Source of the DNA: Sphaerodactylus townsendi
Lineage: Eukaryota
DNA length: 49,253 bases
Assembly: GCF_021028975.2 (NCBI RefSeq)
Contig: NC_059437.1
Span: forward strand, 56,420,001-56,469,253
Direction of reading: 5' to 3'
Part shown: positions 23,001-35,073 of the stretch, piece by piece
Numbering within the stretch: the first letter of the stretch is position 1
Layout of the letters: each line of letters begins with the position of its first letter
Position numbers and translations under genes: made by a program
The notes under the pieces: model-generated
Told to the model about the DNA's origin: nothing
Seen by the model: the letters and a program-made list of their open reading frames with translations, nothing else
Databases searched by the model: none

Positions 23001-23941
23001 AGATGCCGGCAGCTGCAGAAGTGACCCAGAGGTGGGAGTGACCCAGCAGAGGACCAAAATCCCTAACTTGCTCCATCCCTCATTGACAGCTGAGGGGTCC
23101 CTTTGTGCAGAACTCAAAGGGTTAGCAATCTGGGTGAAATCTATTGGAATCTGATACAAGTTTCCTCCCTTGGTTTTCGGAAGGACAGGAGGCTACTATA
23201 AAAGCTTTCGAAATGTATGCCCCCACCTTTCTGCCTTCAGCAAGGCCACTGGGGCCTTTTCTGGGGAGCGGGTGGGGCGCTAGTAACAGCAAGCCGTAGG
23301 TCAGAGGTCTGCAACCTGTGGCTCTCCAGATGTTCATGGACTACAATTCCCATCAGCCCCTGCCATCATGGCCAATTGGCCATGCTGGCAGGGGCTGATG
23401 GGAATTGTAGTCCATGAACATCTGGAGAGCCACAGGTAGCAGACCCTTGCTGTAGGTGCTGCGAAAGGCCTTTCTCTGCCTGAGTTTTCAGAAAGCTACT
23501 GCCTGTTAGAGAAGACACAGCTGAGCTAAAGGGGCCCTGGGGGGTACTTGGTGGAAGATGCCGTGGGTTGTGGCTTTTGACACCAGCGTGGGCAATGACC
23601 GCAGGGCTGCAGCGCATAGAAAAAACACACATCGCTCTTTTTTCTCTCCCTTCTCCCCTCCAACTCCCGCCCTCGTAAGCTCCCCGGCGTATCTCTACCG
23701 GCTGATGGCTGTGGTGGTCCACCACGGGGACATGCATTCGGGACACTTTGTGACGTACCGCCGCTCCCCGCTTTCCAAAAACTCACTGGCTGCCAGTAAT
23801 CAGTGGCTGTGGATTTCAGACGACGTGGTGCGCAAAACCACTTTGCAGGAGGTCCTCTCGTCCAGCGCTTACCTGCTCTTTTACGAGCGCGTCCAGTCCA
23901 GGCTGCAGCAGCAGAGCAGGGAGCTCCGGGCTGAGGAGTGA
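10851..23941 (+). CDS. USP30: Ubiquitin carboxyl-terminal hydrolase 30 (mitochondrial outer membrane deubiquitinase), 13 coding exons, 498 aa
   Basis: Exons 10851-10933, 12657-12766, 13052-13234, 15600-15703, 16403-16501, 17378-17420, 17828-17922, 18242-18301, 18416-18502, 19772-19846, 21117-21303, 22885-22993, 23680-23941; all GT-AG and phase-compatible, 1497 nt. TM segment WGVIGGIAAALAASIYVLWG plus basic RKRRRK, Cys box GLLNLGNTCFMN, QDAHE, CxxC pairs, His box HHGDMHSGHF, and USP30-type WLWISDD with catalytic Ser. Confidence 0.96.
11455..11760 (+). mobile_element. tRNA-derived SINE (Squam3-like), USP30 intron 1
   Basis: Near-identical to 22460-22760 and 2424-2710; (cct)n tail. Confidence 0.85.
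11984..12092 (+). mobile_element. hAT-type MITE fragment (…ggcaacc terminus)
   Basis: Ends gatctccaggccccacctggaggtcggcaacc; homologous to 36420-36475. Confidence 0.5.
13455..13907 (+). mobile_element. Rex1/Babar-type LINE 3' fragment
   Basis: Decayed C-terminus AIESVLTYCICVW...DRKALQRVITTAQRIIGCPLPS...SHPA...PSGRRYRSLKTRTKRLRDSFY, then acaatgacaataaa and a (tgctta)n tail. Confidence 0.8.
15902..16210 (+). mobile_element. hAT-type MITE, USP30 intron 4
   Basis: Degenerate caggg...ccccg ends; 8-bp TSD tcataagg / tcctaaga (6 of 8 match). Confidence 0.5.
18897..19205 (+). mobile_element. tRNA-derived SINE (second subfamily), USP30 intron 9
   Basis: gagagccagtgtggtgtagtg head, B-box-like gggtttgattccc, body shared with 39870-40169. 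Confidence 0.85.
19938..20071. mobile_element. Palindromic hAT MITE
   Basis: TIR caggggtctgcaacctgcgg / cgcaggttgcagacccctg; degenerate TSD gactagtg / cactaatg. Family also at 23302, 35519 and partly at 7911 and 26330. Confidence 0.85.
20333..20766 (-). mobile_element. Possible solo LTR or TIR element, USP30 intron 10
   Basis: Ends tgtggccagagtgtc ... gacactggccaca (TG...CA with terminal inverted repeat); AATAAA on the minus strand at 20481; no direct TSD seen. Confidence 0.35.
21390..22118 (-). mobile_element. hAT-type non-autonomous element, one end truncated, USP30 intron 11
   Basis: Its 22070-22118 end is the reverse complement of the 4544-4590 end; repeated tttggtgcagtttggttyaggggg.ccaaagttatggac palindromic modules. 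Confidence 0.75.
22460..22760 (+). mobile_element. tRNA-derived SINE (Squam3-like), USP30 intron 11
   Basis: Full-length copy with (ttc)n tail. Confidence 0.85.
23302..23449. mobile_element. Palindromic hAT MITE, USP30 intron 12
   Basis: Same family as 19938-20071; TSD ccgtaggt / ctgtaggt (one CpG-type change). Confidence 0.85.
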
Positions 23942-26169
23942 TGGAGCTGCAACAGCCCCGTCGATGTTCTCCTCTGGGGACAGTGATGTGCTGTCGGTCA
24001 TGTGCAGCTGGTCCAAGTTAGCCTCTGTCAGCAGGGGCAGTCATGGGATCCCACCACCCGAAGTCAGCGCTCTAACCTTGTGCTCTTCCACATGCGTGTC
24101 CGTGTTAGAGAAGTGTGTCCCATGTGCTGGTAGAGCTCTCAACCGGTGAGTTTCACGCAGTGACCTCCCCAGGCCACAGTTCCAGTTTTTACCTCCATTT
24201 CATGTACTGCGATGGAACGAGCATCAGCCTTTGGAGGGGAAAATGCGCCTTTGTGACAGTGTCGTGCCCTCTGAGAACAGGGAGGTTGAGCATCTCTCTA
24301 TCCACATAGAACTGCCGCAGAGGCATGCTCGAGTCCCAGAGGGAGTGCAGTGGCCGATGTGTTGGCCACACAGAGTCAGAATGCCCGGTCAGTCTGTGGT
24401 CAAGAGGTCCTGGGTCGGCTGCAGACCACACCTTTCGCCCAAGAGCCTCTTTCTTCTCTCTCCTGCCTTCTTTCTCTGTGCTGCAGCTTATCCCCCTTCC
24501 TTGCTCTTTCATGTCTGTCTGTCGTCTCAGTTCTGTGCCAGCCGATCAGCTTAGGTGATTTCATTGGCGCAAGCAAGGCATACCTGATGTGGGAGCTTTC
24601 AGCGGCTCCGACGCATTTCCCCATCGAAACTGCCTTCCGGAAGCTGCAGCCACACACACAAACACACCCCGACTGGGGTTTTCATGGCACATCCCTCATG
24701 CAAATGCTCCCCTTTTCCAGCTCAGGATGGTGCCTGTCGGCTCCTTACCAGCTCCGCCCACCACAGACACAACAATTCTCACCCCAAGGACACAGAGACC
24801 ACAGGCTCAGCCAGGGCAAAGCCAAGGTGGAAAAGTAGAGAGAATCTACAGCAAAGTGCCTTGATCTTCTCTAGGAATCATAGACAGCAAATAAGGACCA
24901 CGCCCCACATAGTCACTTCCTTCAAAATTCCAAGTGGAGCAGGAAAAGTGGTGAGAATTCCTGGTTCCCTGCAGCATCAGCAGGCTCTCGAGGCTCTGCG
25001 TGGTTGAAACTGCAGCAGTTGGATGGGAAATGGATACCCACCCCACCCCCAGCACACGGTTAGTCTGCCCCCTCCCGCCAGCAATGTCCAAATGAACATC
25101 AGCCTCAAAATGCTGTGACACACTGATGGCAAGATTGTGTGTCCCCTTCAAGAGTCCAGCTCTGCCATGAGAGGAACAGCCTTCCCAGCTTCCCTGTGTC
25201 CAGCCACCCTCACGCCCCGGGTGTTTTTGCGCCCGTTTTAAGCCTTCAGACCTTTTTGTATGTTTTAAAGCTACCTCTGCCAAACGTGAGCTGTGGCTTC
25301 TGTGTTCAGGATTAGGTGTGTATGTGTGGAATCCAGTTCTTGACTGACAGAGCTGCCTTTGGCACTGCAGAAGCTCAGAAAGGGATGATGCCTCTGCAGT
25401 TGCTTCCTGCCCCCCCCCGCCCCCCCCCGGTAGGTTTCACACCCCACTGGCGGCCTGCACCCCCTGCAAAGCCCCTTGATATTCCCTTGCTAGGATTTGT
25501 GGCTGTGGAGCATTTCCTGAACATTAGGTAGTATGGAAAGAAAGTCTGCTAACCTGATGCTCTATTTCCAAAGACTTGCATATTAACCTGTCTTGGGCGT
25601 TTGGTTCTCCCAGGCAGCAGATCTAGTGAACTTCTCCCTATCCCTGAATGGCCATCGGCCGCTTCCCAGGGCTGTTCTGAGGCTTGTAAAGGCAGCAAAA
25701 GGCAGAGCCTGGTGGCTGCGGAAGAAAAGGGCCCGGCTGACTCTCCCCCAGCCCTGCTTCTGCAAGACTCAGGATTGGTCCAAAGAGGGCTGAGCTGGAT
25801 GGCCTTTGTAGTAACCTTTAGCTTAGTCAGGGGAAAGAGTGGAAGGCCATTCTTCTTGCTCTTGCCTGCAGAGACCAAGCACTTCTGTTTCCCTCCCTTC
25901 CGCCCCCCGTGGCCTTTTCCTTCCCTGCCCACTTTGGTATCTCTGAATGTCTCTCCTTCACCTCACTGCCATTTATTCATCGCTTTAATGAGGGGTTCAG
26001 GAAGTAAGGAGGCCGCCTGTAGACCCCTCATTAAAACACCCCCCTCGTCTGCCTGACATTAAACCATCTCCATCAATTCTAGGTTTTAAACAATCACTGA
26101 AGATGCATTAATTCTTCTTTGTCCCTTCCCCATCCACTGATTCGTTTTTTCCTCTTTTTGATTCACACC

Positions 26170-26175
26170 AATAAA
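26170..26175 (+). terminator. Candidate USP30 polyadenylation signal (alternative at 26802-26807)
   Basis: AATAAA ~2.2 kb after the USP30 stop; usage cannot be determined from sequence alone. Confidence 0.4.
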
Positions 26176-28094
26176 TTATACACAGGAGCCTCCACTGGCT
26201 GAAATGGTTCCTTGGTTTGGGCAGAGCATCACTAGTGGAGCAAAGGCATCTTCAGCGGAGTGCTGAGACTTCAACCGTGCAAGTTTGGCGTTGAGGGATC
26301 AGGAATGCCAGATGTTTCACTTATTTTCAGCATGGCCAATTGGCCATGCTGGTAGGGCTGATGGGGTTCCAGGTCTCAACATCTGAGAGCCGCGAGGTTC
26401 CTACCCTGCTCTAGACGTGTAAGAATAGCCAGCAAAGCAAGGCAGGGACTGCAGTCTGAGTTCCCAGCCTTGTCAAGTGGAGGTCCTGTCGGGGTTGAAG
26501 GGAATCCACTCCCATTGCTTCTGATTGCCTGCTGGAGGGGTGCCTTTGTTCTGTAACCTCACCAGCAGGCCCATATAAAGGCTGAGTCAAGTGGAATCAA
26601 TGTTTAATTTAGCAGCCAGCCAGGGCGGGCTGCTGTTGGAGCACCGTGCCACGGTACCATGAAGCAGCTTCATGTGACAGGATCCTGAGTCTCTCAGGGA
26701 ACAGACTTCTCGGAAATACATACTTGTCTGTAGTCACTGGCTAGAGGCAGAACGGAAGCTACAGCTTTGTGACTGGAACTTTCCAGATCTGTGTGCATAT
26801 TAATAAAACACTTTTGAGCCACTGATCTATGTTTGCTCAGGGTGCTATGGAAAGGATCTACGAACTGGCCTTATGTAGTACAGCAAACAAATAAGACTAA
26901 TTAGAAATGTAAAACGCCTCCCAGCAAGTTCCTTGAGAACTTTCTATCCCCACCTGCATTCCTCTAATATAAAGCCTGCCCTGCGTCCTTGTTTGGTCCT
27001 CTTAATCAGATAGATGTGCTTACAGATCTGCTGTCTGTCCTGAACCAGCCTTCTGCTACTCCAGCACTGTTGAGAGTGTTAACAGAAGTAGAAACAAGGG
27101 CCTGACATGTAGTTTCATGAAAGGTACATATGCCTGTTTCTGTCAGACTAATTTTTTTTTTATTGAGAAAGCATTTTAAAGAGAAGGTGAACTAAAATAA
27201 CAATTGCAGGCTAGAGACAGTGTTTCTCAGAAAAGCTTGGCTTGCTGCTGAGAAAATATCCATCCCCCTTCTGACACTATTGCAAACAGGTTTGGAGCTT
27301 GTTTTATATTATTCCCAAACTCTACAAATCCTGTTACTTTGACAGAGATTGTGCATACACTTCAGTTGAAGCCCCTAAACTCACATTCAGGTTTACCTCT
27401 TGAAGGTTAAGAGATGGAAGTTTGCCTTGAGCCTCAGCTATCCGTAGAACACGATGATTGTACTTGATAGGCCTTATTATGATTACGGATATGGTAGTAA
27501 GATGTCTAATACTGGCTCCAGAATAGAAGGGGGAAATAGGATTTGCTCAAAAGCAGGGAGCAGTGACACATCTGGAAAGGGGGCTTCCAGCTGCAATGAG
27601 AGACCAAAGAGAAGCCATCCCTGCATCAGGCACAGATGACTGTGTCAATTCTTCTGGGTGGAAGGACAGCCGCTGAAGAACATGCTCCTAACATGTTCTG
27701 TTCTCATTTCAGAGGGGAGGCATAGCTAGGGCAAGGCACACCCCTTTCCTTTGTCTGCAGTTGCAACACGACGAGAAGAAGCTGTCCAGACCAATGAGGG
27801 CACATTAGCTAAAGAATACAAGACAAGCATTGCCCTCAAACTTGGGTGAAAATGGTGCTGGAACACCGGTCTGGGCAACATGACCATTGTAGTGATAACC
27901 AAAATCAAGGCTTCAGCCAAGCTCTTAAGTTCCAGTAGCTTCCTTGCTCAAAACCACCGCCTTAGAGAAACTTTCTGGTATGGTGCAGTCCTCACTTTGT
28001 GCTGCCTTTGTTGCAATGACTGAGAAGGCCATCGGCCATTTTCAAAGAGGGTACCTGCTTCAGGCCACGTGGAAGCTGGACGCTAACCATTGTA

Positions 28095-29875
28095 CTAGAG
28101 AGCCATCAATTTCCGAAACGTCAGGTTGATTCTCGGAGCCACGGTTTTCTTGCGGATGGGCAAGCTGTGGTACCAGTAGCGGTTGGTTGGGAAGTTCATC
28201 ATCAACAAGCTGCCATGTTCCAACTGCAGCCTGATGGGCTCGATGTGGCATGAGGTTCTTTTGCCGCGGGAAGCCCCGTGCCGGAAGACAAAGTCCCTGC
28301 AGGCCCCCAAAGAGACTGAAGCAATAGGGCTGCGAGGGACCAGCTCTTGTTCATCATCCCTGTGCTCTCCAATGTGATCGTGGCCATCTTTGTATCTGTG
28401 AAGGTAGAAAAGACCCACTTTAGCCCTCATTCTTCTCAGGTTGTGCCCCATTTCAAGCTCATCCCCAGCAACTACCCATGCACGGTTCATACACCCACAG
28501 AGGCATCAGAACACACAACCCCCCCTGCAGAGCAGGCACAGAGGGCAGAGCTGCAAGTGCTTCATGTCACCCCAGTCTTGGAAATTACCTGTTAATAAGA
28601 ACAAAGTTGAAGGTGTGGCCCGTGGTCAGCTGGATCTTGTCCCTGATGTGCTCAAGAACTGGAATCCATGGTTTGGGAGAGAAGGTGACACCCGAGTAAG
28701 TGTAGGTCAACCCAGAGTCACCGTAGGTCACCTGCTTCCTTGGGATGCTGTGCCACTTGCCAAAGACCTGCAGTTTGGTAAACTCCCCTGTTTGGAAAAG
28801 GAGTATGAAAAGCTCAAGATGGGTTTCCACAACTGGACGTAGCCGAGAGTTGGCAGTTGTCAAAAGACTGAAATGCTACATTTGGTCAGTGAGTTTGAAA
28901 CCCGTGTTCCAGGGAACTTTGTGTGTGTCTTGTGGGGTGGGGGTCTTTCTCAATATTAGCAAGTGGTGGACAAGCTTCTTTCAAAGATAGGAGGCCGTGG
29001 CTGCCGCTACCGAGCTGACACTCAGAGATGCTGGAGAGCAGCAGCTGTATTCTGAACTGCATTTTTGCCTCCATAGGACATCAGCGAGACCCAAGAAAGC
29101 TAGCCTGTGCCAGTCTGTGTCAACAGACTGCATGTACGCCCTAGAAAATGCTCCATACATCTCTGTGATGCACATGGGTTCCTCAATGAATCAATTCAGA
29201 AGGATACTGGATAGTAAGTCATCTGAAATTTATGCTGAATTATGGTTACCTGCCATCAAATTTTCAGGACTGGGGTTTAGCCTTTTGTTTGCTGTTCACA
29301 AAACACAGCAAGAGCTCAGTGACTTGTTCTCAGATAAGATTTTTCCCTTCTCCCCATCAGTTTTTAGCCCATGTCTTTCATCCCTTAATTAAGAAGTTAG
29401 TGAAATTGCATCAATTGTAAACAAGAGTTTGCACACAGTCATTTTAAAACATTCAAAGCATTTTTAAAGGACAAAGCAGCAGTGAAAACTAGTGCTACAC
29501 TCGCTATGGCTAATCCCTTACCAATAAAAAGGTAGATTTTTCAGAAAGCTCTGACTCCCTAGCTAAAAGGTAGTCTTCAGGTATTCATTTACCTTCAAAA
29601 TATTCGATTTCCTTTTCCAGTTCTTGGAAGAGCCTGTCGGCCTCATTTTTGCCAAAAAGGATGGTGTAGCTGCAGTTCAGTCCCTGGGCCCGAATTTCCC
29701 TCCAAGGGGTGGCCCGCCTCTTGTGGGGCTCATCTGGGAGGGCCACTGGCCGCCTGGGCCTCTCCTCCTCCGTCCCATCCTTGTCTTCAGTACAGTCTCC
29801 ATCGCCCTCTTCCGGCTGATGCTGTCTCTTCTCCGAAGTGAGCTTAGGAGTTCCCCGGACTAGGAATTTATCCAT
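28095..29875 (-). CDS. ALKBH2: DNA oxidative demethylase ALKBH2 (Fe(II)/2-oxoglutarate dioxygenase), 3 coding exons, 260 aa
   Basis: Exons 29875-29593, 28787-28589, 28395-28095 (783 nt, GT-AG, phases 1 and 2). APIM motif KFLVR, VFGKWHSIPRKQVTYGD, FNFVLINRYKDG, HRD iron ligands, YHSLP, RINLTFR. An acceptor at 29897-29898 implies an upstream non-coding exon. Confidence 0.96.
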
Positions 29876-30249
29876 TGCCAGTTGCCACGTGCCAGGCTGA
29901 GTGTGGGGAAGGAAGAATCAGACTGCATTCAACAGACCTGCATTAGGCATTGCCTGGGATCCTGCAGGGGGTTCCCCAAGAGCCAACGGAATAGGAAGCA
30001 ACAGAGCGCTGCTTCCCACAATATATTTTCAACCACCCGGTTTTTATGTGGATTTGTAGAAAGCTTGGAAAAATGAGACAGGGCTGACTGCTCCACTCAA
30101 GAGCGCACGAGACACGTGTGGGGGCGGCTTAGATGGCTTCCAAAAGCATCAGACAAAACTACGCGCACAGGTGACAGGTGTTGGAGGGCTCTCTATTACA
30201 AAACAAGGAAGGAGAAACCCTATTTGCTTCGCCAGGTGGGACAAAAAGG

Positions 30250-30598
30250 TAGACAGGCGCGAGATCAAAGGCGCTTCCGTGCTCAAGAGCAATAAGGGAT
30301 CCCAAATGCCACAATGCGCATGTGCAGGAAGCTCACATTTTCCCCTTAGTTTTTTCCCTGGCTAAGGTACGCATGCGCGAACCAACCCCCTCAGGTAAAA
30401 TCCACCCCCAGTCCTGCGCATGCGCGTTCATTTTGGCGCCAGTTTTGGGATGCTGAGGGAAAGAAAGCGGGTGCCGCCGTGAGGAGAGACAAGCAGGGGC
30501 TGCGGCGGCCGCGGATCCTCTTCCTCGCCTCCCACGCCCGACTGAGCCGGGCTCCTCCAGAGCTGCAGCGCCGGATTCCGCCTCTGAACGGAGCCACC
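30250..30598. promoter_or_regulatory. Bidirectional CpG-island promoter for ALKBH2 and UNG2 (PA)
   Basis: Divergent ATGs at 29875 and 30599; three NRF1-like gcgcatgygc motifs (~30315, ~30369, ~30415); E2F site ttttggcgcc at 30431-30440. Confidence 0.7.
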
Positions 30599-33500
30599 AT
30601 GATCGGACAGAAGACGCTGCTCTCCTTTTTCGCGGCAGGCGGCAATAAGCGGAGCCGCTCCCCGGGCGAGACCCCGGAGGTAACGGGAGGCGGGGGAAGG
30701 CCCGAAAGGAAAGGCCGGGAGGTGTTTGGAATCGCCAGAATTCCCTCGCTTTGGAAAAGGGCGCCAGCTGGCAGTAGCAGCCAATGAAAAGCGTCCGTTC
30801 ACTCATAGCCAATAGGGAAGCAGACTAGCGGCGGGACTAGGCGCGAACCAATAGAGCTCAGTGCTTCCTTGGCAAATGGTGGGTGGGAGGTGGGAAGATA
30901 GACACGCCGTTCCGACCACTGATAACTGATATGGAAGTGGGGAGGGCGGAGCTTGTCTTGCCGTCCAGTTAGGGAAGCAGGATAGCCTTGCGGGGCGGCT
31001 GTTTTTGCCGCGAAACGCCCGCGTGTTTTTCTTTGGCCGGAAGTTGTTGCTGTGATGCTTGTTTTGGTCCCGCTCGTGGCTGCTTCTGCGGGAGCTGCGG
31101 CCCCCCTCCGCCCGCTGCCCTCTTCCCGCCTGCCCCATGGACGCTTCCTTGCTGCTTTCCAGGCCTTCTCCCCCAAGAGGTCCAAGTCTGAGACTTCCTC
31201 CCCGACCTCTCCTCCTCTGAGCCCGGCGCAGCTGGAGCGGATCCGCAGGAACAAAGAGGCGGCGTTGCAGAGACTCGCTGCCCGCGCTAGCAGCGTTGCC
31301 CCCGCGGAAATCGGGCACAGCTGGAGGGTCTCGCTGACTGGCGAGTTCTCCAAACCCTACTTCTCCCAGGTAGGCAAGAGGTACCGAGGGTTAGGGAGTT
31401 TCCTTGCAAAGGCCTGAGTATTAGAGAGACCCTGTTTTGTAACAGTGAAAAATGTATTCTTCATCCTGTAAGCAGATGTTTGATAAACTATCACATAGCA
31501 TAATGTGGCCTTCTAAATATCTGCCTAACTGCCTCCCTTGGGCATAAGAGAGGGGGATTCTAAATATACATATATATTAGAAACAGCTCCTTCTCTCTCC
31601 CTAACCAGCTCATGACCTTTGTTGCTGAGGAACGGAAACGTTACACAGTCTTCCCACCCCCACATCAAGTTTTCACATGGACCCAGATGTGTGATATCAA
31701 TGATGTGAGTATTCCTGCTGCCCTGGGCAGGAGCCATGTCATAAACTGAACCTGGCCTTTAGGTCTAGCTCAGTGATTGGATGTCAGCAGCAGTATTTTT
31801 GTTACTTCTGTTCGGCATGAGATTTTGCTGGATAAACATATTGAGAAATCTATCTAACTCTCATAGTCTCCCACGCCAGAATTCACTAAACTCTCAGGGG
31901 CTAGATTGGGCCCATCTACCACCAGCTCTTTCTCTTTGACTGACTCAGTGGCCGTCCTTTTTCCATGCTTCAAACAGTATGCTGGGTCCTCAGCTTTTTT
32001 TTTGGGGGGGGGGGGGAGCAGAATGTCATTGGCTACTTCACAAAATCATATATTTTTGCAATCCTTGGAAGACCCCCAAGTATGTTAAGGCTCCTGGCTT
32101 GTCTCTGGGTGGCCCATAATGCTGTACGCCTTTGTGGTAATCGGGAGTGGATTGCTTAAAGTCATGTGGTGAGCCTGTTATGCTAAAGCAATCTCATATT
32201 TGCACTTGAGTCTTCCAGATTGAGTCTGCCTGAACTGCAGAGCACACAGGAATACTCAAGGAAGGCCATTATCTTTTTTTTTTTTTTGCAACATCAGGTA
32301 AAAGTTGTCATCTTGGGCCAGGATCCATATCATGGGCCCAATCAGGCGCATGGCCTCTGCTTCAGCGTCCAGAGACCAGTGCCACCCCCACCCAGGTAAG
32401 GCTTCTCTTTGCCTGTATTAAACTTCCAGAGTTGTGTTAGGATCAGGCATGCATGCTTAATTCTCATTGGTCTTCGTTTCCAAGGGAACGTTTCTTTGCT
32501 ATTTGATGAGTATAGGATATGCTGTGCGCATTCTAGTAAATATTACGGATTGCTTGAGGTGTGTGTAGCCCCGGTTCAGAAGGTGCTGTTACAACATCTG
32601 GTTTTATTTTTTTGTTTGCAGCCTAGAAAATATTTACAAAGAGCTTGAGACGGACATAGAAGGCTTTTCTCATCCTGGTCATGGAGACTTGACAGGGTGG
32701 GCCAAACAAGGTGACTTGGTTTTTTGTTTTGCTTTGTACCCTGGGCCCTGCCCTGCCCCATCATCTGAATTAGCATCTGGCAGGAAGAAGCATTTAGCTT
32801 AAGACAGATTCACTCTTCATGCAGCAGATCAATTTGTTTGTCCATGTGGGCATCCCCATGCGTTTTAGCCTCGTCTTTATAGATGCCTTCCCGCGTTGTA
32901 TCCCAGTGAATTAAGATCGCACATGTCTGTTGCATAAAGTACTGGTCGTTTATCTCTGCTTACGCTTCCATGTTTTGTGTGATCTTCAGGAGTCCTTTTG
33001 CTCAATGCTGTCCTCACAGTCCGAGCGCACCAAGCCAACTCCCACAAGGAGAAGGGGTGGGAGCAGTTCACAGACGCAGTGGTGTCCTGGCTGAACAAAA
33101 ATCTGGACGGGCTAGTCTTCATGCTTTGGGGAGCCTATGCTCAGAAGAAAGGCAGTGCTATTGACCGAGTAAGTCCATTGGGGCTTTTCCACCTTTCCAG
33201 AAGTCCTAGCTGCTTGGGCAGTGAAGGATCAATGAGAGGAACAGGTATCCAGCAGTGAAACTTCTGTGTTCAGGCACTGGCCACTACTTGGTATGAGGAC
33301 TGGATTTCAGAGGGTGGAGTTGTGCTGGTGGAAAAGAGGATGCTGATCCATACAATCCTTTGACCTGATGCACATGACAATCATGTTCTGCAATATAGAC
33401 TCCCTCCTCTTTCACCCAGTAAATCTAAGTCCTCTTCACAAATGAGGCGTGCCAGCTCTGCAGCAAACTGGGGCTTATTTGGGTGACTCCTTTATTTTGA

Positions 33501-33882
33501 TCCAGGTGCTCTGTAATAGGAGTTTGGGAATGCTGCTTTTGTTTGATCAAAGTTCAGCTTTCCTGGACAAATGCCCAAGATTTAGATTCTGTTTGAAATG
33601 TTGTAGTGTTCACCGCCTTGGGGGCCCTGATTTGCATGGAAAGGTGGTGTGGGAATATTTTAAATAAGCCACCGTAATTTATTGCTGCTGATGAAATACA
33701 AGGGGGAATGATTGTGAGATGAGGTCTCTGGTCTCTTGCAGAAACGTCACCATGTCTTGCAGACAGTCCACCCTTCGCCCCTCTCTGTGTACAGGGGCTT
33801 CTTCGGCTGTAAGCATTTCTCCAAAACGAATGAATTGCTGCGGAAATCTGGGACGAAGCCCATTGACTGGAGAGCGCTCTGA
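30599..33882 (+). CDS. UNG: Uracil-DNA glycosylase, nuclear isoform UNG2, 296 aa
   Basis: Exon 1A 30599-30679 (gccaccATG; PIP box QKTLLSFF) spliced to an internal acceptor in exon 1B, 31163-31369, then 31609-31704, 32298-32395, 32622-32710, 32990-33168, 33742-33882 (891 nt). Motifs: RPA-binding [38 protein letters not shown]. Confidence 0.96.
30770..31054 (+). promoter_or_regulatory. UNG1 promoter (PB) inside UNG2 intron 1
   Basis: Three CCAAT boxes (30781, 30809, 30848), GC box ggagggcggag (~30941), E2F-like ttttgccgcgaaa (~31002-31014), ETS ccggaagt (~31037). Confidence 0.7.
31055..33882 (+). CDS. UNG: Uracil-DNA glycosylase, mitochondrial isoform UNG1, 305 aa
   Basis: ATG 31055 opens 36 codons ([36 protein letters not shown]; Arg/Leu/Ala-rich, no acidic residues, presequence-like) in frame with the common part at 31163; shares exons 2-6 with UNG2. 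Confidence 0.8.
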
Positions 33883-35073
33883 ATAGTTGGCACGACCTTG
33901 GGAGGCTTCTTAACATCAAACACCGTTTAAGAGGGTCCAGTTTTAAGAGCTTGGGAAGTTCTAGAGATTTCATCTTTGCATCTGGGATGGGGTGACCTGA
34001 ACTGTCTCCTTCAGCTCTCCTCCTCTTGATTAGTTCCTTGAAGTAAGGACATCTTATTTTCAAGAGTATTTTTTTTTTGAGGTTTGAAGAAGTTGGTATC
34101 TGCATTTCTAATTCTAGGTGCATTTGAGGGCAAATTACAGTTGACTACAAGGAATAACGTGACTTCTTGTTCTCCAGTCAGGGACCAAAACTGTTTTGTG
34201 CAAATGTAGCACACTTTTATTTTTTATTCTTTATTACCTGTTTTTCAGGAACACAGAAATGCGACATCATTCCTAACAGCAAAGAAGCTATTTTTCATCT
34301 TGGCCCTGTTCCCCACCCTCAAAGTTCCCATCTTCCAGGCTGCCCCTTTTATAAGGAATAGGGAATTACTATGTTCCATGATGCTGAACTTCAGTAATTG
34401 CTCCAGCCCGAAGGGACTGGATTTCATTGGCTTTCCCCAGACATATTGAGAGGACTGGGGCAAGGGTGGGACAGCATAGCCAGGGTTCTGTAAGGAGCGG
34501 GGGTTCTTTAATCGTTGTGTAGAAGGGAGAATGCTAATGGCTCTCACTTTGGAGTACCATGACTTTGGGAAAAGCGGTATTTGCTAAGCAAATTACCATT
34601 AGGCAGATGACAAATGTTTGAGCTGCAGAAGTTTTTCCAGCATTTGCCAGTTCATGAAATCATGCATAAAAGGTGTGCTGCTTGGGAATGGGTCATCCAT
34701 AGACTCCATCTATGTGAGATGACCTGTGCTACCCCACTTGTGAATGTGAGGAGCACGGTAACATTTAGTTTATTAAGAGTTTATGTGCACCTGGCTGTCC
34801 TCATTGTTAAAGATGCCGTGCACTCAATTACTTGAGGATTTCATCCCCGGGCTCGTTCCATCAGAGGCAATTGTGTTATTTGTATTTGGCTGGGGTCCAC
34901 TAAAGACCTTTTATCACCTGGAATACCTGAGACGCAAAGTCAGTTTACATGTTTTGTATGCAAATTGCATAAGATCTATACTGGTATATTTTAAATACCA
35001 AATTAAGATACATACATTGTTCCTGTAACACTAGTGACAAAGTTGGCTTTTTTGAGTCACTATAATTCTTCTG

